DNA of 24,254 nucleotides from the UHGV virus genome UHGV-1570564; one strand, written 5' to 3'. The notes under the pieces are model-generated. The model was given only the letters and a program-made list of their open reading frames with translations, made no database searches and was not told where the DNA came from. Both the position numbers and the translations under genes were made by a program. Below, one piece after another: positions 7,773 through 17,059 of this stretch; position 1 is the first letter of the stretch; each line of letters begins with the position of its first letter. This DNA is from a virus.

Positions 7773-10557
7773 AACTTAATCTCCGTTGTTGGAACATATG
7801 AGCACTCAATTTCTTCTCAAAATCAGAATATCCCGCATCTAATGCTCTTTTAGCTGCCGCCTCAGTTTCCTTTGGTGAACCAGCCGGAAGATTGATTACA
7901 GGTGAATAGGTTATTCCACCAGTCACAGCGTTAACGTTCTGGCGAGGTCCAGAAGTCCCGGCGGCAGATATCCCGTGAGGTGATAAATTTGATTGCCCGA
8001 ACTTGCTTGCTATTGCATTCTGTAAGCTGTTATTCCTGCTAACACCTGATGCCAGAGTAGTCATTATTGCACCACCTGACTTTGTTAGCTGTGAGAATGG
8101 ACCTTTTTTCGCGTCAGAGAACGGTAAATACTCACGTACAGAAGAAAAAACGCCTTTCACTTCATTAATTAAAGCATTTGCTTTTGATTTTATCCCAGTG
8201 ATTAACGTCTCAATTATTTTTGCGCCTGACTCACTCCAGTTTATTCCAGATAAATAAGTCGTTACAGATTGGAATGCTCTTATAAAGAGTCCAACTGGTG
8301 AAAAACGCATAAAAACAGATACCAGTGTATCTATGATTTTCTTTCCTGTTTCGCTCCAGTTAATGCCAGAAAGGTAATTTGTTGTAATTTTAAATGCTTT
8401 AATTAAGAACGGAAGCGGAGACATCCATTTAAAAGCACTAATTAATGTACTGTAAATTCTTACACCTGCCGAACTCCAGTTTATGTTGGAAAGATAATCC
8501 CATGCTTTACCAAACATAGATATAATCCATCCATTGAGGTCAAAGTTTAAGATAAAGTTTTTTATAGCCTCAAATGATTTAACTGTATATTCCTTAACAG
8601 AAGGCCAAACTCTGACAGCATAATCTCTGATCTTATCCCAATTCTGATAGAGCAATATTCCTGCGGCAACCAGCGCAGATATAGCCATCTGAATCCACCC
8701 GAAGGGTGTTAGCTTTGTCGCTACAGATAAAGCCAGCATAGCTACCCTACACGCTATAACCACACTTTTCATGGTTAGAAACGCACCTGCCGCCATCACT
8801 ATCTGAGACACAAAATTGGGGTTGTTAGCTACAAATTCACTAATTTTTGTAATCAGCGGAACCAAAACACTAAGCGCGGCATTCAAAGCAGGTTGCAAGG
8901 CCTGACCAAAACTTAATGATGCATTGCTAGCCTGAATACGTAATTGTTTCAATCGCTCCGCATTATCTTTCGTTATGTTGGCAAAATCGCGGTCAATAAC
9001 AGCACTTCCAGCTCCAAGAGATGTTGCTTTGATTCTCTGGTATTCCTTCCAGTTTTGAATCATCGGACGAACAAAGTTCTGAACCTGCATATCGCCAAAT
9101 AGTTCACCAAGTAACTTCTGATCTCCGTTCTTAGTCATTTTCATGACAGAATGCATTGCAGCTTCGAATGGATTCTTCCCTTTTTTCTGCGCTGTTGTAA
9201 CAATTTTATATAAATCTACACCGAAATTTTTCTTTGCTTTTTTTAGTGTTTCAGGGGAAAGTATTTTTGCCAAAAAGTTGTTCATATTATTAGCAGCCTC
9301 ATCCGAAGTTGCAGCCCCCTTGCGAGCTATCTGCAAAGCTGCACCCATCGTCGCGGCTGCTTCTTTACCTCCCATTTTTAATGCCTGGAACTGAGCACCA
9401 AGCACAGGAAGATTTTTGGCCATATCTTTAAATTCAAAGTTCCCCTCTTTCCCTGCCTGAACCAGAATCCCCATTGCAGACTTCATTTGAGATGGATCAA
9501 TCTTCAATGAGTCACTTAATGTAAATGATGCTTTCGAGACATCGAGGATATCAGAGCCAGTAGCTGTAGCTGTTCGCCCAATAGTTAGTAGATTCGCCTG
9601 AGCCTCTTTATAATCCTGCCCAGCAGCGACGAGAAAACCCTGAGCGGCCTGAATATCAGATGCAAACTGGTTGGTAGCCGTTCCGGTAACAAGCATCGCC
9701 TGCCCCATCGCCTGAACTTCTTCCGGCTTCATATCTGCCGTAAGACCAATCATTTTGTTTTCACGATTGAAATTTGCTGCATTGTTAGCAGCAGCAAATG
9801 CACCAGCCGCTACAGCACCAGTTTGTAATCCTGACCTTACAAGTTGACTCTTTGCCTCACCAAGATGCTCTCGCTTCAATTCACGCTGCCTTTCCAACGC
9901 GCGGTTTAACTCCTCCTGAGCACGTTTTACTGCAAGAACATTTTTCCGTGCTTCAGCCAACGCATTTTTATAGCTGTTAATTTTATCAATACGTTGTTTT
10001 TCTAATGCCCGGTTAAGTTCCTCCTGCTGTTTTTTCACTTGCTGAACATTTGCTCTGGCTAAAGCCAAAGCCGTTCTGTAGCGGTTAACCTGCTCAACGC
10101 TACGGGCCTGAGCCTCACGATTACGATCAATGCTGGCTTTAAGCTCTTTCTCTCTTGAGGCCAAAGCTCTGGCAGATGTATCAGCTCCCTGATAGGCAGA
10201 CTTTAAAGCGGCCAGTTCTTCACGCTGAGAACGTAGTGATGCTCGTAAATTCGATGAATGTGTTTTTGCCTTCTCAAAGTCACGAAGCATCGCTCTGGTT
10301 GGATTGGCCGTGTTTTTTATTTGCTTCTGTAACTCTTCAACGCGAGCGGCAGCTTTATGATATTCGAGGGCAGTCTGTCCAACCTTTACTTTTACAGATT
10401 GTAGCTTTTGAATTTCCCCATGTTCTTTCGTTAATCCAGCAAGCTCGGCATTTAATTTAGCAACAGCCTGATTAGCTGTAGTAAAACTTTTGGGGAGAGA
10501 GGCGGCAACTTTGCCGCCAATTTCAAAAGCCAGCTTAAAGTTCTTATTGCTGGCCAT
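7765..10557 (-). CDS. Tail tape measure protein (930 aa)
   Basis: Largest tail ORF, downstream of the chaperone pair; N-terminal coiled-coil repeats, central Ala/Gly-rich region, hydrophobic segments and C-terminal tandem repeats. Confidence 0.85.
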   Translation of the reverse strand: MASNKNFKLAFEIGGKVAASLPKSFTTANQAVAKLNAELAGLTKEHGEIQKLQSVKVKVGQTALEYHKAAARVEELQKQIKNTANPTRAMLRDFEKAKTHSSNLRASLRSQREELAALKSAYQGADTSARALASREKELKASIDRNREAQARSVEQVNRYRTALALARANVQQVKKQQEELNRALEKQRIDKINSYKNALAEARKNVLAVKRAQEELNRALERQRELKREHLGEAKSQLVRSGLQTGAVAAGAFAAANNAANFNRENKMIGLTADMKPEEVQAMGQAMLVTGTATNQFASDIQAAQGFLVAAGQDYKEAQANLLTIGRTATATGSDILDVSKASFTLSDSLKIDPSQMKSAMGILVQAGKEGNFEFKDMAKNLPVLGAQFQALKMGGKEAAATMGAALQIARKGAATSDEAANNMNNFLAKILSPETLKKAKKNFGVDLYKIVTTAQKKGKNPFEAAMHSVMKMTKNGDQKLLGELFGDMQVQNFVRPMIQNWKEYQRIKATSLGAGSAVIDRDFANITKDNAERLKQLRIQASNASLSFGQALQPALNAALSVLVPLITKISEFVANNPNFVSQIVMAAGAFLTMKSVVIACRVAMLALSVATKLTPFGWIQMAISALVAAGILLYQNWDKIRDYAVRVWPSVKEYTVKSFEAIKNFILNFDLNGWIISMFGKAWDYLSNINWSSAGVRIYSTLISAFKWMSPLPFLIKAFKITTNYLSGINWSETGKKIIDTLVSVFMRFSPVGLFIRAFQSVTTYLSGINWSESGAKIIETLITGIKSKANALINEVKGVFSSVREYLPFSDAKKGPFSQLTKSGGAIMTTLASGVSRNNSLQNAIASKFGQSNLSPHGISAAGTSGPRQNVNAVTGGITYSPVINLPAGSPKETEAAAKRALDAGYSDFEKKLSAHMFQQRRLSFG
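8158..8508 (-). repeat. Three tandem degenerate ~40-aa repeats in the tape measure C-terminal region (YLSGINWSE(T/S)G.KII(D/E)TL...)
   Basis: Protein-level repeats at about aa 684-800, mirrored in the DNA (cactccagtttattccagataaataagtcgttac / gctccagttaatgccagaaaggtaatttgttgt / gaactccagtttatgttggaaagataatccc). Confidence 0.55.
9880..10077 (-). repeat. Duplicated coiled-coil unit in the tape measure N-terminal region (..KKQQEELNRALEKQR.. / ..KRAQEELNRALERQR..)
   Basis: Two similar ~30-aa units at aa 161-226; the DNA shows the matching duplicated stretch (gttaa(c/g)t(c/t)cctcctg...). Confidence 0.5.
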
Positions 10558-10562
10558 TAGTA

Positions 10563-10745
10563 TTAATCCTCATTAAACACGTCAATCCATGCGACGATTC
10601 GCCTCAACCGAAGCGAAAGCCAGTAGGATATAGGTGTTGATTGAGATGATTGAGATAGAGAACTCGCGGCCCTCATTATTTGCTTATCAATAGGTTTTTG
10701 CTCATCAAAACCTACGAGAGCAAAAAATTCTGTACCTTTTGACAA
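10563..10745 (-). CDS. Frameshift extension of the tail assembly chaperone (lambda GT / P2 E+E' analogue), expressed only as a -1 frameshift fusion
   Basis: ORF in the -1 frame relative to 10712..10993, overlapping its 3' end; after a slip at T_TTT_TTG the reading continues ...FFALVGFDEQKPIDKQ.. to a stop 5 nt before the tape measure start. Confidence 0.55.
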   Translation of the reverse strand: MSKGTEFFALVGFDEQKPIDKQIMRAASSLSQSSQSTPISYWLSLRLRRIVAWIDVFNED

Positions 10746-10993
10746 ACTTTAACAAAGTCTTTCGCTGGTAATCCATTCAGATACTCTATTGGACGACCAA
10801 TACAGCGAGCAGCCAAGGCTGCATGGACTTTATTATCAAGTGATGTTTGAACTGAAACATGCCCTTGAGATTGCAGTAAGTCCGATACCTCTAAAATATC
10901 ACTGCCTTTTAGGTTGTCTAAATCAAGGTTGAGTTCAGTCACTGGCTCAAAGTCTTCAAAACGATATTCTTTACTTAATTTAACGGTTTCCAT
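10712..10993 (-). CDS. Tail assembly chaperone, short in-frame product (93 aa; lambda gpG / P2 gpE analogue)
   Basis: Small acidic ORF between tail tube and tape measure genes; ends ...QKVQNFLLS with the slippery heptamer just before its stop. Confidence 0.7.
   Translation of the reverse strand: METVKLSKEYRFEDFEPVTELNLDLDNLKGSDILEVSDLLQSQGHVSVQTSLDNKVHAALAARCIGRPIEYLNGLPAKDFVKVCQKVQNFLLS
10721..10727 (-). other. Putative -1 programmed ribosomal frameshift slippery heptamer T_TTT_TTG
   Basis: Plus strand reads caaaaaa at 10721-10727, so the minus strand reads TTTTTTG. Zero-frame codons CAG AAT TTT TTG CTC TCG TAG; -1 frame continues GCT CTC GTA GGT... Confidence 0.6.
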
Positions 10994-11002
10994 TTTTTCA
11001 CC

Positions 11003-11524
11003 TTATAAACCTAAATCATCACGAACAGTTTTTAATATATCTTCGCCATCAAAGATACAAATAAAGTTCAACTTATCAATTTCTAAGACTTCTTTCCCAT
11101 CAATAAATAATTTGATATAGAGAACTTCGAATTCATTTTCTGAATCAGTGGCCTTTGCTACCTGTAGCGAACCTAAATCCAGTTTTTTAGGGTTTAGCTT
11201 CATTGAAGCCCGAATAGGAACCGTTTTATATTTTCCTGTTCCTGCATCATAAACCTGCTGGCTACCGCGAAAATCTACCTGATGCGATGAGGATAGAAAT
11301 AATTTTGTACCAGCAGAGGTCAGAGTTCGCCATTTAAGAGAGACAGTCATTGGTTTGAAATGCCCCAGCGTTCCGCTCTCAAGCTCTCCAGCGATACCTG
11401 CACCACTAACAGTTTCTGTCATCATCTCAATTGATGGCAGCTTTGCGTCAGCAACACCGATAATACGGTTTCCTTCACCGTATACTGTAAAGTTAATAAG
11501 TCTCTCAGGAATTTGATTGCTCAA
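11003..11524 (-). CDS. Tail tube protein (P2 FII-like, 173 aa)
   Basis: Size and position immediately downstream of the sheath gene and upstream of the chaperone pair. Confidence 0.75.
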   Translation of the reverse strand: MSNQIPERLINFTVYGEGNRIIGVADAKLPSIEMMTETVSGAGIAGELESGTLGHFKPMTVSLKWRTLTSAGTKLFLSSSHQVDFRGSQQVYDAGTGKYKTVPIRASMKLNPKKLDLGSLQVAKATDSENEFEVLYIKLFIDGKEVLEIDKLNFICIFDGEDILKTVRDDLGL

Positions 11525-11540
11525 AGCAACCTCCTATTAT

Positions 11541-13004
11541 TTATTCAGAAAACAAGTTCAGCAGATAATCAGGATTATATTCCATGACGAACTCTATATC
11601 TCTGGCAGGTGAGAATGGTGTCATTTTCACATGGAATTTAACAATCCCGTCCATCAATGACGTAATCGTGTTTTCAGACTGATCAAAGGTAACAACACCA
11701 CCTGCAATATCCTGATTACCAGTGAGGCCGTTAAGCCAAATATTCGCACTAGTAACAATCGATTCAATTAATCGACGGTTTGCAGGATTGTCTATTTTTG
11801 ACCAATGCGAAAGAATTAACGTATTACCCACCCAGTTAAACATACGTCGGCAAACACGAAATGCGTCTTTGGGGTCTGTAGATGTTGGATAAATAGCATT
11901 ACGGTTTCCCCATGATTTCCAACCATCAAAATTAAGGCTTGTTACAATCCCCTGTCCATTTAAGTAGTTTGCCTGGCTAATGTTAAGCCATACCTCACTG
12001 CCATCTTTACGTACAGCACCGTCCATCTGTAGTTTTATATTTGACGGAGAACGTGATGGAATATCACCATACTGACTATCCAGCAAGCATGTTGCTGCCG
12101 CTAAATGGGTTGAGTGATGGTAAATATTGTCACCAAGTTTCACCATCGGCCAGCACACTGTCTGGTTAGCTGCCATATGATTATTGTTCTGCTTCCATTC
12201 AGGAACAGCAGAATAATCACTGATAGTAGATTTATCAGTCGGCGCATCGGTGATAGCTTCTGCTTTGAACAATTCACTAATCAGCGCAGCTTTAGCCGCC
12301 ATTAGCTGGCCAACTTCACTATCAGAACTAAATCCAGGCGCAATCACTTGTCCTGGAACTAGTTTGAAGCGGGGATAAACATCCGACAGTAACTCAAGCC
12401 CCGTATTCGCTTTAGTGTTGGAATCCACGCCACCAATAATATCGTTTTTAGTTACAGCCCCGGGATCAAGATACGTATAACTAACCTTAAGAGTGGCGTC
12501 TTTTTCAGTAACTTTTCCTCCGCTAATAGCGGTAATGACCGTATAGCCATTATCATCCAGCGCCAGTACATAATCTGTATCAACCGTTAACCCTGGAGAA
12601 TCACCATCTGCTTTTTTCACAACAACAGATTTATATAAGACACCATCGTTAGAGAGCGTACCTTTCCCGCCAGAAAGTTTTACTACCTCATCAGTTACGT
12701 CTTTCTTATGCTTTGCTGGATCAAGCACATTGATAAATACAACTGGCGCAACACCATATATTCCAAATGCGACTTTAATTACTTCGCTTAAAGTATATTT
12801 CTCGAAGTTTGTGCTATATCCTATTTTAGATACGGCCTCTGCGTATGTATAAGCAATGATAGGTTTATTTACCGCTGAGGCTGGATCTTCTAACTGATTA
12901 ACAGGAGCTGTACCAAATGCGACAATCAACCCAGCACTAACTTGTACTGGAGGAGTTATAGATGTAGCCAGCTCAGATATATAAATACCGTGGCGATATC
13001 CCAT
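11541..13004 (-). CDS. Contractile tail sheath protein (P2 FI-like, 487 aa)
   Basis: N-terminus MGYRHGIYISELATSITPPVQVSAGLIVAFGTAPV matches the conserved sheath N-terminal pattern (..YHHGV.V.E....); size and position fit. Confidence 0.85.
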   Translation of the reverse strand: MGYRHGIYISELATSITPPVQVSAGLIVAFGTAPVNQLEDPASAVNKPIIAYTYAEAVSKIGYSTNFEKYTLSEVIKVAFGIYGVAPVVFINVLDPAKHKKDVTDEVVKLSGGKGTLSNDGVLYKSVVVKKADGDSPGLTVDTDYVLALDDNGYTVITAISGGKVTEKDATLKVSYTYLDPGAVTKNDIIGGVDSNTKANTGLELLSDVYPRFKLVPGQVIAPGFSSDSEVGQLMAAKAALISELFKAEAITDAPTDKSTISDYSAVPEWKQNNNHMAANQTVCWPMVKLGDNIYHHSTHLAAATCLLDSQYGDIPSRSPSNIKLQMDGAVRKDGSEVWLNISQANYLNGQGIVTSLNFDGWKSWGNRNAIYPTSTDPKDAFRVCRRMFNWVGNTLILSHWSKIDNPANRRLIESIVTSANIWLNGLTGNQDIAGGVVTFDQSENTITSLMDGIVKFHVKMTPFSPARDIEFVMEYNPDYLLNLFSE

Positions 13005-13294
13005 TATTTAATCTCCATGATAGAAGAAGAAACTCTAGAGTACATTACATACTCGACACTGGTTTTATCAGAAAGTCTTTTTTCTGCATCTGAAAAATCA
13101 CTGGTTGCCACAAACAAACACTTTGCACCAGGAATATGTGATATTAATTTTTCACACTCTGGAGATAAGCCATTCTTAAATAGTTTATGCTTCAAAATTG
13201 AGAGTTGAGGGATTGTTGGCCCTATATATACAAATGTTTGAGCAACATCTTCCTTCTTTTCTATATCTTCTTTACTACTTTTCTTATTAGCCAT
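13004..13294 (-). CDS. Hypothetical protein (96 aa), Lys/Glu-rich N-terminus, directly upstream of the sheath gene
   Basis: ORF with start/stop overlap to the sheath gene; AT-rich; no motif I can assign. Confidence 0.4.
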   Translation of the reverse strand: MANKKSSKEDIEKKEDVAQTFVYIGPTIPQLSILKHKLFKNGLSPECEKLISHIPGAKCLFVATSDFSDAEKRLSDKTSVEYVMYSRVSSSIMEIK

Positions 13295-13780
13295 TTAGAT
13301 AAACTCCTGAGACTGAATATTCTGAGGCTTTAATACTAGCCACGTTCCAGTTGCTTCCGTTATCCAATATGGATATGGTTGATCATCAAACATTCGCCAT
13401 CTGATATCACCCTGAAAGAGAAATTTCTCTTCAAGTAAAGGCTTCTCCTGAAAATGAAACATCATCCTTTCAAGAAGAGCCATTACCCATTCATATCCAG
13501 TATGGTCCTCACAAAAACCACCTAGAAGAAACTTAACCTTAACTTCATCCGTTTCAGGCTGCATTCCTCCTTCCGTGGGCCTGATAATCACATGAGGAAA
13601 TTCTGGCGGTTTATCTGGAGATGGTTGTGATTTAGGAGGCAAGTACCCTTTAAATATTGTTGGAACAAACAATTTAATATCGCTGTCTGTTTCATCATAA
13701 GGAGGCCCCTGCACTAATAAATCATGGAAAACCTCATGTTCCAACCGATTTTTTATTGCATCTATCAAAAGATTAATCAA
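13295..13780 (-). CDS. Hypothetical protein (161 aa), possible neck/tail completion protein
   Basis: Position between the head-tail connector ORF and the tail sheath gene; translationally coupled (overlap 13777-13780). Function by synteny only. Confidence 0.4.
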   Translation of the reverse strand: MINLLIDAIKNRLEHEVFHDLLVQGPPYDETDSDIKLFVPTIFKGYLPPKSQPSPDKPPEFPHVIIRPTEGGMQPETDEVKVKFLLGGFCEDHTGYEWVMALLERMMFHFQEKPLLEEKFLFQGDIRWRMFDDQPYPYWITEATGTWLVLKPQNIQSQEFI

Positions 13781-14121
13781 ATCGGCATTCCTCTGTTAGT
13801 ATTAACAGTGAGAGTTATTTCCAATACACCAACATTATCTGATACTTCATCAACAATATAATTTTTACCGTTGATTTTCATTGACTGGTCTTTGACAGGG
13901 AGAACAGGAAAATCTTTTCTTGAAACAAATAATATTATTTGCCCCTGATTTATTCCCTCTGCAAACTCAGCATATGAGCGTTTATTCCGCTCATGAATAA
14001 GGTCTGTATCAATAACGGCAAGGATATCCTTGCCGTCTATGTTATATGTATCGGCAAACTCTTTTTCATTGAGGAATATTGCAGAAATATCTTGCGCTAT
14101 AACCTCTTTGAAGGAGTTCAT
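13777..14121 (-). CDS. Putative head-tail joining / head closure protein (114 aa, lambda FII-like placement)
   Basis: Size and position downstream of the capsid gene; C-terminal NGKNYIVDEVSDNVGVLEITL pattern loosely resembles head-tail adaptor proteins. Confidence 0.45.
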   Translation of the reverse strand: MNSFKEVIAQDISAIFLNEKEFADTYNIDGKDILAVIDTDLIHERNKRSYAEFAEGINQGQIILFVSRKDFPVLPVKDQSMKINGKNYIVDEVSDNVGVLEITLTVNTNRGMPI

Positions 14122-14513
14122 TACTTCTTATTACCTTTTTTTTGCGTTGATTTTTTCGCATTACTGGTATCAGAAGTAGCTACAGATTCAGATGAATCAT
14201 CAGCAACCATTTCCTCATTGCCGCCATCATCCTCAAACTCAACCTCGAATACACAGCTACCCGCCTCCGTTCGCGTAATCAACCCCGCGTCCACAGCATC
14301 ATTAACAGCAGATGCGTATCCATGCTCAAAAGCTAACTTAGCAGCATCATAGCCCCCAGCCGATGCCAAATCACCATCCTCTTCGGTGGCAATAGCATGT
14401 CCTGACGCAATCAGTTCGGCAATTCTGGAGTTATCCATTAGCCCATTAAGCAAACGGCCCGCTTTTAGCGAGCCGTGGCTTATCGTATCAATGTTTTTAA
14501 TCAGTCTGGCCAT
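14121..14513 (-). CDS. Hypothetical acidic protein (130 aa) immediately downstream of the major capsid gene
   Basis: ORF abutting the capsid gene (capsid stop 14514, this start 14513); acidic C-terminal half (EVEFEDDGGNEEMVADDSSE) and Lys-rich tail. Placement corresponds to lambda FI but I see no convincing sequence match. Confidence 0.4.
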   Translation of the reverse strand: MARLIKNIDTISHGSLKAGRLLNGLMDNSRIAELIASGHAIATEEDGDLASAGGYDAAKLAFEHGYASAVNDAVDAGLITRTEAGSCVFEVEFEDDGGNEEMVADDSSESVATSDTSNAKKSTQKKGNKK

Positions 14514-15557
14514 TTAAACCACCTTAGCCACCAGATAGGCATCAGCCACACCAGGATTAGGCAGTGGAGATGACTTCATGGCAACATAACGGCCAGCCGG
14601 CTTACGAGTTACCCAGGTGTCTGGAACTCGTGGTGACTCAACAATCGTTAGAGTCTTTTCGGCGTCATCTACAAGCTCTACAGCACCATACAGCATCGTT
14701 CCTCGACCAGGAGAGCCAAAGAGGATCTTATCTTCCGGTACTAATGGTTCAGGTTTTCCTGTTTTATCATTGCGAATAAGTTCGTCGTAACCATAAAAAT
14801 CGACACCTTCAAGATTGCCATAATGAGTTACGCCTTCTTCTAACTCTTTAGGCTCAATATACCCAAGCTCTTTTCGGCGATTATCAAGATATTTAGTTAC
14901 TGCTTCATTTTTAACGAAGGCATCAACAACTTTTGCGCCCATTACGGCAACACGAGGTGTAAAACCTGAAGTTAGTGATACCCGACGTTTCCAGTTGCGA
15001 ACATTGACTAACGGATCTGATTTTGCTGCACTCCATAAATCATCACCTGTCAGTTCAAGATATGGTTTATCTCCTTCCTCTTCAGGCCAAAAATAAACTG
15101 TGTCATCCACTCCTTCACCAACAATATCAACCTGCCCCGTAAACAAGACTTGTGCACACATCCATTCTTCACGGCGGTTAACCATTTCATCAAGCTCAAG
15201 CAAATCTTTACCTAATTGCTCGGCGGCTCGTTCTGCTGGCGATTTTGCGTTGTAAATATTCTCACCCGGAAGCCTGTTTAAAAGCAGCTCGGCTGTTGTT
15301 ACCAAATCAGGTGCAACAAGTGGTGGCTCCAGAGTTCTCGTTACAAAGCCGCGTCGCTCAACGGTTTTTGAGCCAAAACCTTTACCAACAAACGGAGCCA
15401 TAGTACGGCCACCGCGAACAAAATCCAGATCAACTTTCTTTGTATTAAAGGTCTGAACACCAGGAAAAAAGGTACGAAGAAGAAAACGACGAGCCTTGAA
15501 ATTCTGAATAACAGGCTCAAGCATCGTACGTCGTTCAAAAATATCAATATTCGGCAT
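14514..15557 (-). CDS. Major capsid protein, lambda gpE family (347 aa)
   Basis: Size and position after protease and decoration genes in a lambda-ordered head module; N-terminal region has the character of gpE-type capsid proteins. Confidence 0.8.
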   Translation of the reverse strand: MPNIDIFERRTMLEPVIQNFKARRFLLRTFFPGVQTFNTKKVDLDFVRGGRTMAPFVGKGFGSKTVERRGFVTRTLEPPLVAPDLVTTAELLLNRLPGENIYNAKSPAERAAEQLGKDLLELDEMVNRREEWMCAQVLFTGQVDIVGEGVDDTVYFWPEEEGDKPYLELTGDDLWSAAKSDPLVNVRNWKRRVSLTSGFTPRVAVMGAKVVDAFVKNEAVTKYLDNRRKELGYIEPKELEEGVTHYGNLEGVDFYGYDELIRNDKTGKPEPLVPEDKILFGSPGRGTMLYGAVELVDDAEKTLTIVESPRVPDTWVTRKPAGRYVAMKSSPLPNPGVADAYLVAKVV

Positions 15558-15577
15558 AAAAATACGACCTCTTTATA

Positions 15578-15961
15578 TTATGCAGATGGATTTTGTTGTG
15601 CGGTATTAAGGAATATTCCAACCTTCCGGCAAGCCAGATATACATCGGCAACTTTTGCTGATTCAGGAAGGATAACCGCATGTGCATTGAACATTCCGGT
15701 CAGCCATGCTGTTCCGACTTGCGCTGAATCAGTCGCATCAATATTGTGTTGAGCGATACAATACGGTTCTTTTGCCTCCCCTTCACCAGAGAGATTTATT
15801 GGCGCCACAGTGACAACATTTGTTGTCTGATCAATACTGACAAAAGCAAGTAACTCACCCCGTTTTACTTTACCGCTGGCAAGTTTAATACTTGTTGGAA
15901 TTGCTGGCATACCACCAGAAATAATCAGATTATCTGGTTCAAATGAAAAAGACTCTCGCAT
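15578..15961 (-). CDS. Putative head decoration protein (127 aa, lambda gpD-like placement)
   Basis: Small ORF between protease/scaffold and major capsid genes; only weak pattern resemblance to gpD. Confidence 0.45.
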   Translation of the reverse strand: MRESFSFEPDNLIISGGMPAIPTSIKLASGKVKRGELLAFVSIDQTTNVVTVAPINLSGEGEAKEPYCIAQHNIDATDSAQVGTAWLTGMFNAHAVILPESAKVADVYLACRKVGIFLNTAQQNPSA

Positions 15962-15970
15962 AAACTCACC

Positions 15971-17059
15971 TTAATTTTTATCGCGGTTTTTAAATACTGA
16001 CCCAATAACATTTTTTACTGCTTCAGCCTGTTTGTTGCCGTTGTTTTCTGGTTGATTAACATCAACTGAATCATTCACCTCACTTGCGTCTTCTTGCCGT
16101 TGATTAAGAAAGTTTTTGTTACGCGCTCGCTCTGCATTCATAATTTCCAAAGCAAGTTCAGCCGCAGAAACTCCTGTTTTGAATTTTGCATTCTTAACCA
16201 GGTCGTCATGACCAGGAATCACGCTATTCTCGATTGTTTCAATGCGCTCGCGTTCTGATTTAACGCCCTCGTCTTTACCAGCATTAAAAACCTGATTGTA
16301 TAATTCTGGATATTTATTTTTTAATTCATCAAGAGTCACAATATCGTCCTCATTTTGTTCATTTGATTCAGTAGATAACTCATTTTTATTTTGCGGCAAC
16401 TTTGCGAGTGAATCAGGTAATTTTGAAAACCTTGATGCTTCAAAAGTTATTCCATTAAGCGAAAGCATCCCTTCCTTTATAGAAGCGGATAAGCGTATTG
16501 GTTTTTCAACTTCGTCAGCAAATCCAAGCTCTACAGCCTCTTCTGCATTTAGCCATGTTTCCTGATCCATTAGTTCAATTAATTTATCCTCAGAAAGCCC
16601 TGTTTTCTCCTTATATGCAGATAAAATACTATTGCGTATCTTATCCATCATCTCAGCAATATCACGCAATTCATCCGCATCGCCAGCAGCAAATGTCCAC
16701 GGATTATGGATCATCATCATAGCATTAGATGGGATAATAGTTTTATCACCCGCCATTGCAATAATAGTTGCAGCCGATGCAGCAATCCCGTCGATATAAA
16801 CCGTAATATTCGCCTTATGACGCTTTAATGATGAAAGAATAGCTTGAGCAGTAAAAACAGAACCACCATAACTATTAATTTTTACGTTGATAGTATTTGA
16901 TGAAATATCCTTTAATTTATTAACTATGTCAGAAGAAGAAACCTCATCAAATTCACCAATATACCCGTAAATTAAAAGTTCAGCCGGAGAGTCATCTTCA
17001 CCCGTGCTATTTTTTATTTCCCACCAATTAGGCATCATCAGTCTCCATATTTTGTTCAT
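15971..17059 (-). CDS. Prohead maturation protease, ClpP-like, with C-terminal scaffold-like extension (362 aa)
   Basis: SYGGSVFTAQAIL...YIDGIAASAATIIAMAG...MMMIHNPW resembles the ClpP/S14-type phage head protease core; charged C-terminal tail; overlaps the portal gene 3' end. Confidence 0.75.
   Translation of the reverse strand: MNKIWRLMMPNWWEIKNSTGEDDSPAELLIYGYIGEFDEVSSSDIVNKLKDISSNTINVKINSYGGSVFTAQAILSSLKRHKANITVYIDGIAASAATIIAMAGDKTIIPSNAMMMIHNPWTFAAGDADELRDIAEMMDKIRNSILSAYKEKTGLSEDKLIELMDQETWLNAEEAVELGFADEVEKPIRLSASIKEGMLSLNGITFEASRFSKLPDSLAKLPQNKNELSTESNEQNEDDIVTLDELKNKYPELYNQVFNAGKDEGVKSERERIETIENSVIPGHDDLVKNAKFKTGVSAAELALEIMNAERARNKNFLNQRQEDASEVNDSVDVNQPENNGNKQAEAVKNVIGSVFKNRDKN

Noticed and set aside
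15341-15547. 68-aa minus-strand ORF nested in an alternative frame inside the major capsid gene
   Set aside because: Out-of-frame overlap with a confidently assigned gene; no evidence for independent translation.
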